Shown here one piece after another: positions 30,746-41,445 of a stretch of 64,000 bases of DNA; within the stretch, counting starts at the first letter, position 1; the number at the start of each line of letters is the position of its first letter. This DNA is from SAR324 cluster bacterium. GTDB taxonomy: Bacteria > SAR324 > XYD2-FULL-50-16. The translations under genes were made by a program, and so were the position numbers. The notes beneath the pieces are model-generated. The model saw only the letters and a program-made list of their open reading frames with translations, did no database searches and was not told where the DNA came from. The stretch spans positions 35,586-99,585 of the forward strand of contig JANQGZ010000013.1 in NCBI GenBank assembly GCA_028282825.1. Reading direction: 5' to 3'.

Positions 30746-30765
30746 TTTCTTTAAAAGGAGTTAAA

Positions 30766-31842
30766 ATGCTTAAGAAATTATTGACAGGTTGTCTGACAAT
30801 CGCAATGATCGGCGCGTTTTCAGCCAGTGCTTCTGCTGAAGCCGAATTTAAATGGACTGGTGACGTGACCGGTAGTTTAATTCAAACTTCTACAAAAGCT
30901 GAAACCACAGGTGATTCTGAAACTCTCACCTACATGGATATGGTAGCTTCTGCTGACTTGGAATTAAGTGTCAAGGTTCCAGGTGATGTATGGACCGGTG
31001 AAGCTAAGTTCGAGTTGGATTTGACAGCTGGTAACACAGAAGATGATGACAAAGAGATCTTAACTTCAGCAGTTAATGTTGATGACCTTTATGTAGTGGC
31101 TTCCAAAGAAGGTTTAGCAATCACTTTTGGTGAATTCGATCCCTTTGGAATTGGTAAAGGTGGTGAATACCTGGGTGAAATCGATGACACTGAACAAGCT
31201 GGTGGATTCGGTGCTTTTAGTGAAAAAGGCCTGGCTATGGTTGGTTTGACTGACGTCGGACTGAATCTGATTTTGGGTATGAACAAGGTTGGTGATGCTG
31301 ATGATAAGGAAGTAGCTTCAGAAACTGTTTTTGGTGCTAACTTTGATAAAGCGTTTGGTGATCTCGCTTTTGCTGTCTCATACTATTCAGCTTCCCGATC
31401 CATCAATGAAGATGATGGTGATGCTACCAAGGATAGTGATAATGATGGTTACAGCGCTTCAGAAATTTCACTGGCTGTTCAATACACATTGGGTCAAATG
31501 GCATTCGCTTTGAATTATACCCAGTATAACGATAAGGATGGTGGTCCGGAAGAGAATGAAAACAAAGACACCTACATGGGACTCATGTTTGATATGGGAC
31601 TCGATGATGGTATGGGTCTGTCAGTTGCATACGAAACCGTAAAGGCAACTAACAACACTGGTGCTACCGGTGCGAAAGACATTGATACTGACAAGACACT
31701 CTTGAACGTTACCTTCCAGTTTATGTTAGGCCCTGTAACAAACTATGTTGCTTACCAAGCCACAACTTCGAAGAAAGACATAGATGATAATGAGGCTGGT
31801 ACAGAAGCTCAGCTTGGTTATTCAATGAGAGTTGCGTTCTAA
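30766..31842 (+). CDS. Outer-membrane beta-barrel, porin-like
   Basis: Signal peptide (ASA|EAE), alternating beta-strand pattern, C-terminal Phe (YSMRVAF), strong AAGGAG RBS and very acidic loops. Confidence 0.8.
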   Translation: MLKKLLTGCLTIAMIGAFSASASAEAEFKWTGDVTGSLIQTSTKAETTGDSETLTYMDMVASADLELSVKVPGDVWTGEAKFELDLTAGNTEDDDKEILTSAVNVDDLYVVASKEGLAITFGEFDPFGIGKGGEYLGEIDDTEQAGGFGAFSEKGLAMVGLTDVGLNLILGMNKVGDADDKEVASETVFGANFDKAFGDLAFAVSYYSASRSINEDDGDATKDSDNDGYSASEISLAVQYTLGQMAFALNYTQYNDKDGGPEENENKDTYMGLMFDMGLDDGMGLSVAYETVKATNNTGATGAKDIDTDKTLLNVTFQFMLGPVTNYVAYQATTSKKDIDDNEAGTEAQLGYSMRVAF

Positions 31843-31873
31843 TAACATCCGTTTTTAGGACACTGTGTTTTTT

Positions 31874-31911
31874 AAGCCACTGCAGGATTACTCCTGCAGT
31901 GGCTTTTTTTT
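31874..31911 (+). terminator. Rho-independent terminator after the porin gene
   Basis: AAGCCACTGCAGGA-TTAC-TCCTGCAGTGGCTT followed by a T-run. Confidence 0.9.
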
Positions 31912-31920
31912 GCAAAAAAA

Positions 31921-32607
31921 CTAACTCAAATCTATGTTTTGCAACTGCTCATAAATGGTTTTAATCTTTTCCTGATGCTCAGGCGGGACAGTTAAAATTT
32001 TTGCCGGATGATTATTGATCAGCCTGGGGTGAATTGTCTCCTCGCTTCCTCTTAATATTTCCTTATTTTCGTTTTCTTCCAGATAGACAATCAAATCTGT
32101 TAAATTTCCTGAGACGCCGAAGGTGTCGATGTGTTCGATGTATTGTTTGAAGAGGTTGTTGACGGATAATACAAAGGGATCCATGTCGGCGAAACCGTCT
32201 TCTTCACAGTATTCTTTGGAGCACATGCTTCTACATTCAAAGGGTCTCACTTCGTAAATCGGACAGGCATCGTCTTCCAGAATCGGACAACTTCCCCAGA
32301 AGGGGTCTGAATCTCCCTCCACAGGTACCGGTTCATCATTTGCGTAAATTTCCGCCAGTCTGTTAATGGTCACTTTCGGTTGAAATCGTTTCTTGCCTTT
32401 TTCGAGCTTCAGTCTGTCAATTAAATCCAACCTGTTGTTTTCCTTTAAATAGTTCATGATTTCATAGGCTTCCAGGCTAGTCATGGTTACATTTCTTGTG
32501 CAGCACCCTGAGCAGCTTTTTTTGCAGGCCAGTTCATAATCTTTAATAAAATCATCATAGATTTGATAGATTTTCTTTAAAATTTCCTTACGTCGTTCTA
32601 AATTCAC
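31921..32607 (-). CDS. YkgJ family cysteine-cluster protein
   Basis: CKKSCSGCC...CPIL..CPIYEVRPFECR. Confidence 0.85.
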   Translation of the reverse strand: MNLERRKEILKKIYQIYDDFIKDYELACKKSCSGCCTRNVTMTSLEAYEIMNYLKENNRLDLIDRLKLEKGKKRFQPKVTINRLAEIYANDEPVPVEGDSDPFWGSCPILEDDACPIYEVRPFECRSMCSKEYCEEDGFADMDPFVLSVNNLFKQYIEHIDTFGVSGNLTDLIVYLEENENKEILRGSEETIHPRLINNHPAKILTVPPEHQEKIKTIYEQLQNIDLS

Positions 32608-32910
32608 AATTCTCCTTCGGCAAATCTTTCCGGAAACGTATTTTGTTTCCGATTTAATATGGTAACGAAAAATCTTGATTGAATATTGCGTCGGTATTCC
32701 AAACAGCCTCTATTCACTCTTTCCACCCGTTTCTTGGTCCAAAAGTGCTAGTACGACGACACAATATCCGGGAATTTTATTTTGAATGAAATATTATAGG
32801 TCTATTTTAAGGCAGGGTTTGTGGAAAAACTACTTCAATCATATCTGAATATGATTGTAAATCAGTCTGGAAAAGGAAAACACAAAGTGAATTGTCAAGC
32901 GTGGAAGGGA

Positions 32911-32940
32911 TGAGGCATTTCAGTTATTGAAAATGCCTCA
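32911..32940 (-). terminator. Stem-loop downstream of the amino-acid ABC operon
   Basis: TGAGGCATTT pairs with AAATGCCTCA (10-bp stem). Confidence 0.55.
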
Positions 32941-32954
32941 AAAATAGCAAATGA

Positions 32955-33689
32955 CTATAGAATCTGAGAAAGGAACAGCTTTGTTCGTTCTTCTTTTGGA
33001 TTTTCGAAAAAATGCTCCGGGGTGCCAACCTCTATTATTTTTCCTTCATCCATCATCACAACCTGGTCACCTACTTCTCTGGCGAAACCCATTTCGTGAG
33101 AAACAACAACCATGGTCATTCCTTCTTTGGCGAGGGTTTTCATAACATCCAGCACTTCGCCGACCATCTCCGGATCCAATGCGGACGTTGGTTCATCAAA
33201 TAACATGATTTTAGGATCCATTGCCAAGGCTCGAGCAATTGCAACCCTTTGTTGTTGACCACCTGATAACTGAGCCGGGTAAACCTCGGATTTTTCGCTG
33301 ATGCCTACTTTTTTAAGAAGCTGATTTGTTTTCTTGTCGGCATCTTCTTTTGAGCGTTTTCTGACTTTCATCTGCGCCAGGTTGATGTTTTCTCTAACTG
33401 ATTTATGTGGGAAGAGATTAAACGATTGAAACACCATACCTACTTCAGCTCGAATTTTATTAATATTGACTCCCTTGCCTTTGATGTCGACACCATCAAT
33501 AACTATCTTGCCTGAATCAGTAGTTTCCAACTGATTGATACAACGCAAAAGGGTTGATTTCCCGGAGCCTGAAGGACCACAAACCACTACTACTTCGCCT
33601 TTATTGACTTTATAGGAAACATTGTCAACGGCTTTAACGATATGGGCGCCGACAATGAACGTTTTGTTGATATTCTCTAATTTAATCAC
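32955..33689 (-). CDS. Polar amino-acid ABC transporter ATP-binding subunit (GlnQ-like)
   Basis: [17 protein letters not shown] and [14 protein letters not shown] start at 33689 behind AAAGGAGA, overlapping the permease end. Confidence 0.95.
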   Translation of the reverse strand: MIKLENINKTFIVGAHIVKAVDNVSYKVNKGEVVVVCGPSGSGKSTLLRCINQLETTDSGKIVIDGVDIKGKGVNINKIRAEVGMVFQSFNLFPHKSVRENINLAQMKVRKRSKEDADKKTNQLLKKVGISEKSEVYPAQLSGGQQQRVAIARALAMDPKIMLFDEPTSALDPEMVGEVLDVMKTLAKEGMTMVVVSHEMGFAREVGDQVVMMDEGKIIEVGTPEHFFENPKEERTKLFLSQIL

Positions 33690-34644
33690 TGACGGAAAAT
33701 CTCCTTTCGATGTAGCGGACAAACATGGACAGAGGGAATGTAAGCAACAGGTATAGAGCTGCAACAGTAAACCAGATTTCGAAGACCGCAAAGGTTGAGG
33801 TAATAATTTCCCTTCCCGCTTTCGTAAGCTCGGTAATTGCTATTACTGAAAGCAGGGAGGAATCCTTAATCAAGGATATAAACTGTCCAGCCAAAGGCGG
33901 CATGATTCTTTTGAAGGCCTGTGGCAGGATGATATAGCCCATGGATTGAAAATAATTCATTCCAAGTGACCTGGCTGCCTCCATCTGTCCCGGATCGATC
34001 GACTGAATACCGGCCCGGACGATTTCTGCTACGTATGCCCCTGCAAAAACCGAAAGGGCTATTACTCCGGAGGAAGTTCTACCAAATCCCAGAACCGTGG
34101 CTAAAAAATAGTATATAATAAATACCTGCACCAATAAGGGTGTCCCGCGGATAAGCTCCACGTATATGGTTGACAAGCCCTTGATCATCGGATTGGAAGA
34201 TATACGACCCAAACCGGCAAAAAGACCTATGATCATGCCGAAAAAAGTCGCGTAAATAGAGAATTTTAATGTCAACAAGAGACCTTTTATTAGAATTCCT
34301 TGTTGCCAAACCTTTATATATCCCAGCTCGGTATTTTCATTCACTCTTTTTCCAGCCTCAATTCTGAGGCTTTTGGTTTCAACCTCAACCAATTCGACAG
34401 TACTGTTGTCATAGGTTATTTTAATTTCAGATAACTCACCGTTTTTTGTAATAACGCTGACAACGCCGTCATTTTTTGCAAACTGGTCCACAGGACCATT
34501 GAAGAAGAAGTTATGTGGAACCCGGTTCCAGTACCATTTATACTCAACTTTGTCGGTGAGAATTGTTAATCCCCACCCCAGCAGCACTAATACGCCAACC
34601 AGGCAAAGATACCAGAAAACCTTTTTAACTAGTTCAGAAGCCAT
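33682..34644 (-). CDS. Polar amino-acid ABC transporter permease
   Basis: [26 protein letters not shown] and LIKDSSL motifs. Confidence 0.95.
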   Translation of the reverse strand: MASELVKKVFWYLCLVGVLVLLGWGLTILTDKVEYKWYWNRVPHNFFFNGPVDQFAKNDGVVSVITKNGELSEIKITYDNSTVELVEVETKSLRIEAGKRVNENTELGYIKVWQQGILIKGLLLTLKFSIYATFFGMIIGLFAGLGRISSNPMIKGLSTIYVELIRGTPLLVQVFIIYYFLATVLGFGRTSSGVIALSVFAGAYVAEIVRAGIQSIDPGQMEAARSLGMNYFQSMGYIILPQAFKRIMPPLAGQFISLIKDSSLLSVIAITELTKAGREIITSTFAVFEIWFTVAALYLLLTFPLSMFVRYIERRFSVSD

Positions 34645-34821
34645 AAAGAAGTGACTCTATAATTGTAGAATTATGCTATAAACAACAGATTTGTAAAAAT
34701 CTCGTGACCTGCCTACTATTTTGTCATCCTCGAGAAAAGATGGCTGGATATTTAGCATGATTGACTCTTACTAACCTCTCTTTTCGCCAGAAAAACAACC
34801 AGTCAGCAACTCTATAAAATT

Positions 34822-34846
34822 AAAAAAGGCGGGATAATGTCCCGCC
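34822..34846 (-). terminator. Terminator-like hairpin after the SBP gene
   Basis: Minus strand reads GGCGGGA-CATTA-TCCCGCC-TTTTTT. Confidence 0.75.
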
Positions 34847-34859
34847 ACGAATTAACAGA

Positions 34860-35702
34860 CTATTGTACTTTTTCAAGCCAGCTTGAATCTTTAAACCATT
34901 TGGCATAAATTTCATCATAGGTTCCGTCATTTCGAACCTGATACATGAAGTTATTCAGCCAATTCAGAAAGTTAGGGTCATTTTGTCGGATTGCCCATCC
35001 CAGCGGTTCAAACGTAAAAGGCTTGTCGAGATGAACAATTTTACCCTTTCCTTTGCTGCTTGCCATAATGGCGTTGAATGGAAGGTCATATACAAATGCA
35101 TCGATTTTACCTGCTATGACTTCTAGGGAACCTTCCTGCTCAGTTTCGTAGCTTAGGTACTTTGCCCTGGGAATCATTCTTTTTACTGCCTGTTCTCCTG
35201 TGGTTCCAAGTTTGGAAGCTACAGTATACCTTGGATTATTCAGTTGCTCATAGGAAGTAATCTTACCTTCGAGTTTCTTACTCAAAAGAATGGTCTGCCC
35301 AACAGTAATGTATGGAGAAGCAAAATTGATCTTCAGATTACGTCCTTGTGTGATTGTCATACCTGAAGCGATGATATCAAACTTTTTTGTCAACAAAGCA
35401 GCAATAATTCCATCCCAGTTGGTATTAACATATTCAACTTCAACCCCCATGGCCTTTGCCATTGCCGTTGTCATGTCCACATCAAAACCAATGATTTCTC
35501 CCTGCTTATCTCTCATTTCGAACGGCATATAACCGGCTTCCAAACCTACCAGTAGCTTACCACGTTTTAAGATAGTGTTGATGGTATCTTCAGCGGCAGG
35601 TTGCTGTGCTGTCTGGGCACTTTGATCCTGTTGTCCTTGCTGGCAAGCACTAAGAGCAAAGATAAGAGCAAAAGCCAGTACGCCTAACAAAACTTTTTTC
35701 AT
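34860..35702 (-). CDS. Family 3 amino-acid-binding lipoprotein
   Basis: Start at ATG 35702 behind GGAGG; LSAC lipobox, GFDVD, WDGII and GMTIT. Confidence 0.93.
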   Translation of the reverse strand: MKKVLLGVLAFALIFALSACQQGQQDQSAQTAQQPAAEDTINTILKRGKLLVGLEAGYMPFEMRDKQGEIIGFDVDMTTAMAKAMGVEVEYVNTNWDGIIAALLTKKFDIIASGMTITQGRNLKINFASPYITVGQTILLSKKLEGKITSYEQLNNPRYTVASKLGTTGEQAVKRMIPRAKYLSYETEQEGSLEVIAGKIDAFVYDLPFNAIMASSKGKGKIVHLDKPFTFEPLGWAIRQNDPNFLNWLNNFMYQVRNDGTYDEIYAKWFKDSSWLEKVQ

Positions 35703-36490
35703 GAAATCCTCCTTTTTTAAATACTTTAAATAAACCAAGCACCGGGAATACAGAGTAACTGCAAGTGGATGATGGCTATTTCTCCCAAAATTCAATCAGT
35801 AACAGATTTGGTTTTATAAAATGCAATGGCCCTTTAATCATAGCGTATTGCAACACGATCTGTTCCTGAGGCGATCTAACGTTTCCGTTAAACTCCTCCA
35901 TTTACTGAGAAATGTAATAAGTAACAAAATACGCTGCATACTACAACCAAAACTTGGTAAAAACTGGTTTCCAAATATTTTAATTGGGATTCATTTTGCT
36001 TTTAATTACAACCTGTTCGCCATTTAACTGTCCTTTTCCGATAAGACATTTGGAATCTATTCAACTTGGATATGGTACCCGATTAACTCTTCAATAAAAG
36101 CAAACAATGACAATATTGTAGAACAATTCATATAACTATTCACCACAGAGACATAGAGGTCACGGAAAAAAGACTTAACAATAATAAAAGAATAAATATA
36201 TGTCGGATTACCGCCACTGCTGCTGACTTCTGCAAACTCAGGGAGTCAAAAAATCTGGTTAATCTTTACCGATTTTTTAGGCTTGAAGTCACTTCAATTA
36301 ATAAAGCTTCTACCCTTCGTGATGAAAACAAACAGGGGTTAATTAGGCCGAACAGATACCAATTCATTTAATATAGAATGTGAACGCCTGAATCCAAACT
36401 TGATGTTTCAAAAGTTATTACTGAAGTGTATACTCGCAGACAATGATACAACCGGGATCTCACATCAAAAAGCCATGACCAGGAAACTTT

Positions 36491-39400
36491 ATGTCAAAAC
36501 GGATTGAAAGGTTCTGCCAGGAATTTGCTCTTAAGCCCTTTTATTCATTTGTAAATACCAGACTGAATGATCAAGCAACACGGGAACAGATCAAGATTTT
36601 GGAAGCTCTGGAGCCTTTCATCCGCCAGTTTCACGGTAAATTTGTCAATTTCTATGGTTTAGCAAAATCCGGGGCCTTTGATCAAAAAAAATACGAGAAT
36701 CGTCTTTCAGAGTTCTACTCTGAGTTCTGCGAACAAATCTTTGCTCATGATCTGGAAAAGGCTGTTGTCTGGTTGCTGGAACAAGATATTCATGAAAACA
36801 AGAAACTGTTCCCGAACCGGCCAATAGCAAATAATTATCAAGATATTATGCGCAGCCTTAGTGTCTTGATTGAGCTTTTCAAAAGTGTTCCCGTTTCTGA
36901 GCAAGAGACTTATCAAAAGGTTTTCCTTCATGTCCAAAACATACTGTCTCCCACTCTTGACGATGAATTTGAGCAACTTGGAAGGGATCTGTTGGATCAA
37001 CTGAAGGATTTTGATGCGCGTAAAGACGGCATTGAATCTCCAAAATTCGATGCTCTAAAGTTACAGATTCAAAAGACCAATAAGCAGATCCGTCATTTGT
37101 TAATGAGCAACAACACCTTTGTCTCTATCCTCCAGCAAATTACTGAAATAAACAAAGCCCTTAAAACTGTCAGAAAGAATGATTTTGAATCCGTTTTGGG
37201 GGCCAACGACATTGAAAGGTTTTGGAATGGATTGCGGGAATTAGGATACTCAGGCGGTGACAAGTATCTTTATGGCGATTTTGCAAAGTTAAAAAAAGAA
37301 ATAGTCCCCTGGATTCAAGATGCTTTCCCCACAACCTCAGAAGTGTTGATTGCTATTTTACAAAACACCTATCAACTACCCGAACTCCCGTTACTGGATA
37401 AGGAAATTGTCCCGGAGGCAGTCCACTTATACAGTATTCAACTGCTTGGCGAGGTAGGCCTTCGAACCAGAGAATCAATCAATCTGATCCTGGGCTACCA
37501 TACCAGGTTTGTCGATAAAATGGTTAGAGATGGAGCGTTTCAAGCTTTAAGAAAAAACTCCGACCAAGTGCAGGACTATTTTTTAGTATCTTTGGGAAAA
37601 GCTGACGATTATGACCAGATGCTGCAAATAGTAGATAAACATGACTCCATATTTGAGCACATACAAGCAGAAATGCTGGTAAAAACTTTTGGAGAATCAT
37701 TTCGAGCCTCTTTAAAAAGGTTGGATGCCACCACCCAACCGGATGGTATCCTGCTGGGTAATTTCATTCGTTCAGCGTACATGAAACCACCCGGTAACGA
37801 GTTAGAAGATGCTGCACATCTTAAGTCAGAGAAACTTTTGAATCACTTCGAATTCATCAACAACAAGCTTAATAATTTCAAACGGTTCATAGAATCAAAA
37901 ACCAAAGATGGTTTTGTGTGTCTGATCAGGATGTGGGGTCTTAATTATATTGTATCCTGGGCACTGACAGATTTTATTGCCGAAGAACGCCTGTTTACAT
38001 TTATCATCAGGGCTGCGACAGAATCCCCGGTGACAAGAGTCACGACAGTGGGCAGGGTCATTCCGATGCAGGATATTGTCACGTTGCTTTCCAAGGAGCC
38101 GGATGCAAAAGAACTGATCCAAAAACTGATGACCTTTCTTTTAAATTCAAAAATCTCTTTTGATTACAGGCTATTCAGTTCCCTATTTCAGGTTGTCGCT
38201 CAACGGCAGCAGCAACTGAGAAATGGGATCACAATCAGGGATGGATTCAGCGAGCAACGCGGATACACTCAAAGTTTGGAATCGACACCTGTATCCAGTC
38301 AAGGATCAGACCTTCAAGATCCCCACATTTTTCATCCTATCGTCGTTTTCCTGATCACCGTACTTCATATGAAGTTTATTAACATTCCCAAAGACGCGTT
38401 CGTGGAAACCGATATTAGTCTTTACTTAAACTCCCTGGCTGAACATCAAAAGACGCCTGAATTAGGCTACCAGATGTACCTGGCTCATCAATTGATCTCA
38501 TGTATTCCTTATATTAAAGACTTTTCCAGCCAGCATGAAACAATCATCCGTAAAACTATTGCAGATTTAGATGAATTTTATAAACGAAAGAACATCCTGT
38601 TCCACTATCACCGAATAAAAATTCACCGGGCCCCCTCAAAATTGGATCTGGATTTCTGCATGGAGATTCTTGAAGGATTGTCTACAAAAAATCCGGATGA
38701 TGTATTGTTCAACCTGAAGCGATTGATGAAAGGTATTGGAGATGAGGCCATCCCTGATATGGAGGAGTACTTTTCTCATTACAGATCTAAAATCGAAAAT
38801 TTAGGTAAACATTTATCTGCTTTTAAAAAGCGATACCTGAACAAAGAATGGTATGAAATTGCAGAAAGTCCGGAATTTACAAATACAGTGAGGGATTTAC
38901 CTGGAATCGATGCCGATTCCGCAAGGGATATTATTGCCCTTATAAAACTTGTGAATGCTCTTTCCAATTATTGGACCCAGAGGGTTAACGATAGTTTTTT
39001 GCAAGATTATCTTGCAGACGAAGAACAAGAAGCATTTGAAAAAGCCCCAGTGTTGCAAAAATTAGATGTTATCAGGGACAAAAGAGCAACATTCAAAGAT
39101 CTAATAAATCGATTCGACCCGAATCTAGAGCCATACCAACATATTTTCCTTAAAAGACACGTCATACAGGGTGACTGGAATTTCGATTTTTTTGGTTTCT
39201 GGCCTTACTACAAAGAAACCAAATTTGAAGCCTACAACGTGGATCGAAAACTGGCCGAGCTGGAAAGGCTGCTTTTACAGGAACACGTTCGGCAACTTAC
39301 CGGAAATGATTACCAGATTGACCAGATCAACCATATTCATCTCTCACACTTAAGAGATTTGATGGATTGCTTGCAACGAATCATGGTTCACCTGGTTGAT

Positions 39401-41443
39401 GAGGGCCTGTCGCCATCAAAATACTTTTTGGATACAATCGACGTACTTAAAAAGGATCAGTTAACTATATCCCAGTTACATGATATTTTAGGTATTTTAT
39501 ATCATCGCGAGCTTTCCCATATCGACTCATTTATAGCCAACACTTTCGGTCATTTTCCGGCTCAAATTACCAAGGCACTGGGAAGAGAAAACCTGGATTT
39601 TGGATTGGAAAAACTAAATGTGAGCAATGAGGAACTGCTTTACCCTTTGGTGCAGGAAACCGTCCTGGGTAATATTATTGGTGGAATTCAGCCGATTCAT
39701 ATATTGGAAGATCACTTGGGAAAGATGATGCAATTCACATTGCGTTTAAAAAAGCTGGATGCATCAAAACTGATTTTTGATGCCGATGAAAGACCTGCAA
39801 ACAGGCTTTCACCGGTTTATTACGGCTATAAATCTTATGCCCTGCAAACTCTTGCTCAAGACGGATTTAATGTTCCGGCATTAGTTACTATTCCTGTCAA
39901 TTATTATAGTGATCACCCGGAATTCATTTCCAATGCATGTCATACGGAATATAAAACCCATCTAATCCGTCAAATCCTGCAGTTGGAGAATAAAACCAAG
40001 AAGAGGTTTGATTTTAATTTTAGCAAATTGACTGAGGAACAACGGGATTTAATAAATACTTCAAGAAAAGACTCTCACGTATCCGGACAGACCCATTCAC
40101 AACTGTTTTTGTCAGCCAGAAGTGGTTCTTATCGGTCTATGCCAGGGATTCTGGGTACTGTTCTCAATATCGGTTTCAAAGACGTATTGAATCCTGAGTT
40201 TTGTTCTCAAAACATGCGTTTTGACTTAAACACCTACCGCATGTTCATTAGCACCTTTGGTAATGTGGTATTAGGTATTAACGAAACCTCTTTTTCCCAA
40301 ATCGTCGACGAGAGCAAAAAAGAGATTGAAGACAAGTTTTCCAGAAAAATTAAATGGGAAGATCTAAGTGATGGGCAAATAATCAATATAATCAAAGGGT
40401 TTAAGCAGCTAGTCGAATCTCGAAATCAAAAACTTCCCGATGAAAAACAGTATCATATTGATTGGAATGATCCTTTGGAACTTCTGGCAATATCCACAAT
40501 TGGTGTTTGGAATTCCTGGACTTCATCTGCCGCAGAAAGGCTAAGAAACTTCCTGGATATTTCTCCTGACTGGAAGACCCCCGTGACACTAATGGAAATG
40601 AAGCAGGCTGATAAAAATCCCCGGTCATTTAGTGCTATTTTGTTTTCGGGTGATCCTCAAGGTAAGATCGACAGACCTCATGGAGACCTGTTGTTTGGGA
40701 GGCCAGGCGAAGATATTGCTTCGGGCCTGGCATCGGGAGGTGAACATCTGGAAAACCTGGAAACAAAAGAACCGGAACTGTATTCACAGATAGCAGGCCT
40801 TCTGGAACAAATTAAGATCAATAAGGGCTATATCAACGTAGATGTGGAAATGGTCGGGGAGTTTGATCCCGAAACGGAGCACATGGAATTGTTTGTAGTG
40901 CAAGAAAGGCAGATGCCTTTGGGTACACGAGGGGAAAGTGAGGATTACAGGCTCACACCAACAGATACCCCTCCGGTTGCAACCGGGAAAGGTGTCAATG
41001 GCGGCGTACAACACGGTGTGCTTTTAGATGGCATTGCTCAGGAGTATTACGATCTCCGCGAGACTGTTAAGCAGGTCCGTATTAAATTAGGCTCAAAAGA
41101 CGAATTTCACGGTCCGGGAATATTTCTTTTAATGAAATACGTTACACCTGAAGAAGCTTTGAAGATGAATATAGAAGGTGTGGACGGGGTGATTACATCA
41201 AAAATTGGTAAATCAAGTCATGCCTCAATAGCAGCTAAAAGGGACGGGAAACTGTTTGTTTGCGAGGCGTCTGTGGTATTAAAAGAGAAGGATTGGTTTA
41301 TTGGTGATCGTAAAATCAACCTGGGGAATTCTGCTGATCCGGATCTTTTTACCATTGTCGGCAATCCCAAATCGGTCTCTCCTTACAGCGGAAACATCTA
41401 TGATGGCTGCTTACCTTTAACAAAAGTGGTGAAAAAACGATAG
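36491..41443 (+). CDS. Giant PPDK-related protein: ~1100-aa unknown N-terminus + ATP-grasp + phospho-His swivel domain, no pyruvate-binding barrel
   Basis: GYKSYAL..GFNVP, SARSG..SMPGILGTVLNIG, GEDIASG, LFVVQER and ITSKIGKSSHASIAA (His~1577). The protein ends ~70 aa later. Confidence 0.8.
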   Translation: MSKRIERFCQEFALKPFYSFVNTRLNDQATREQIKILEALEPFIRQFHGKFVNFYGLAKSGAFDQKKYENRLSEFYSEFCEQIFAHDLEKAVVWLLEQDIHENKKLFPNRPIANNYQDIMRSLSVLIELFKSVPVSEQETYQKVFLHVQNILSPTLDDEFEQLGRDLLDQLKDFDARKDGIESPKFDALKLQIQKTNKQIRHLLMSNNTFVSILQQITEINKALKTVRKNDFESVLGANDIERFWNGLRELGYSGGDKYLYGDFAKLKKEIVPWIQDAFPTTSEVLIAILQNTYQLPELPLLDKEIVPEAVHLYSIQLLGEVGLRTRESINLILGYHTRFVDKMVRDGAFQALRKNSDQVQDYFLVSLGKADDYDQMLQIVDKHDSIFEHIQAEMLVKTFGESFRASLKRLDATTQPDGILLGNFIRSAYMKPPGNELEDAAHLKSEKLLNHFEFINNKLNNFKRFIESKTKDGFVCLIRMWGLNYIVSWALTDFIAEERLFTFIIRAATESPVTRVTTVGRVIPMQDIVTLLSKEPDAKELIQKLMTFLLNSKISFDYRLFSSLFQVVAQRQQQLRNGITIRDGFSEQRGYTQSLESTPVSSQGSDLQDPHIFHPIVVFLITVLHMKFINIPKDAFVETDISLYLNSLAEHQKTPELGYQMYLAHQLISCIPYIKDFSSQHETIIRKTIADLDEFYKRKNILFHYHRIKIHRAPSKLDLDFCMEILEGLSTKNPDDVLFNLKRLMKGIGDEAIPDMEEYFSHYRSKIENLGKHLSAFKKRYLNKEWYEIAESPEFTNTVRDLPGIDADSARDIIALIKLVNALSNYWTQRVNDSFLQDYLADEEQEAFEKAPVLQKLDVIRDKRATFKDLINRFDPNLEPYQHIFLKRHVIQGDWNFDFFGFWPYYKETKFEAYNVDRKLAELERLLLQEHVRQLTGNDYQIDQINHIHLSHLRDLMDCLQRIMVHLVDEGLSPSKYFLDTIDVLKKDQLTISQLHDILGILYHRELSHIDSFIANTFGHFPAQITKALGRENLDFGLEKLNVSNEELLYPLVQETVLGNIIGGIQPIHILEDHLGKMMQFTLRLKKLDASKLIFDADERPANRLSPVYYGYKSYALQTLAQDGFNVPALVTIPVNYYSDHPEFISNACHTEYKTHLIRQILQLENKTKKRFDFNFSKLTEEQRDLINTSRKDSHVSGQTHSQLFLSARSGSYRSMPGILGTVLNIGFKDVLNPEFCSQNMRFDLNTYRMFISTFGNVVLGINETSFSQIVDESKKEIEDKFSRKIKWEDLSDGQIINIIKGFKQLVESRNQKLPDEKQYHIDWNDPLELLAISTIGVWNSWTSSAAERLRNFLDISPDWKTPVTLMEMKQADKNPRSFSAILFSGDPQGKIDRPHGDLLFGRPGEDIASGLASGGEHLENLETKEPELYSQIAGLLEQIKINKGYINVDVEMVGEFDPETEHMELFVVQERQMPLGTRGESEDYRLTPTDTPPVATGKGVNGGVQHGVLLDGIAQEYYDLRETVKQVRIKLGSKDEFHGPGIFLLMKYVTPEEALKMNIEGVDGVITSKIGKSSHASIAAKRDGKLFVCEASVVLKEKDWFIGDRKINLGNSADPDLFTIVGNPKSVSPYSGNIYDGCLPLTKVVKKR

Positions 41444-41445
41444 CC

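Noticed and set aside
29602-30765. Group I/II intron, tmRNA, RNase P or 6S RNA as the explanation of the structured region
   Set aside because: No group II domain V, no correctly ordered group I core, no tRNA-like ends and no RNase P GAGGAAAGTCC motif were seen; no interrupted gene.
36491-41443. Ordinary ppdK
   Set aside because: It lacks the C-terminal pyruvate-binding barrel and is about twice the normal length.
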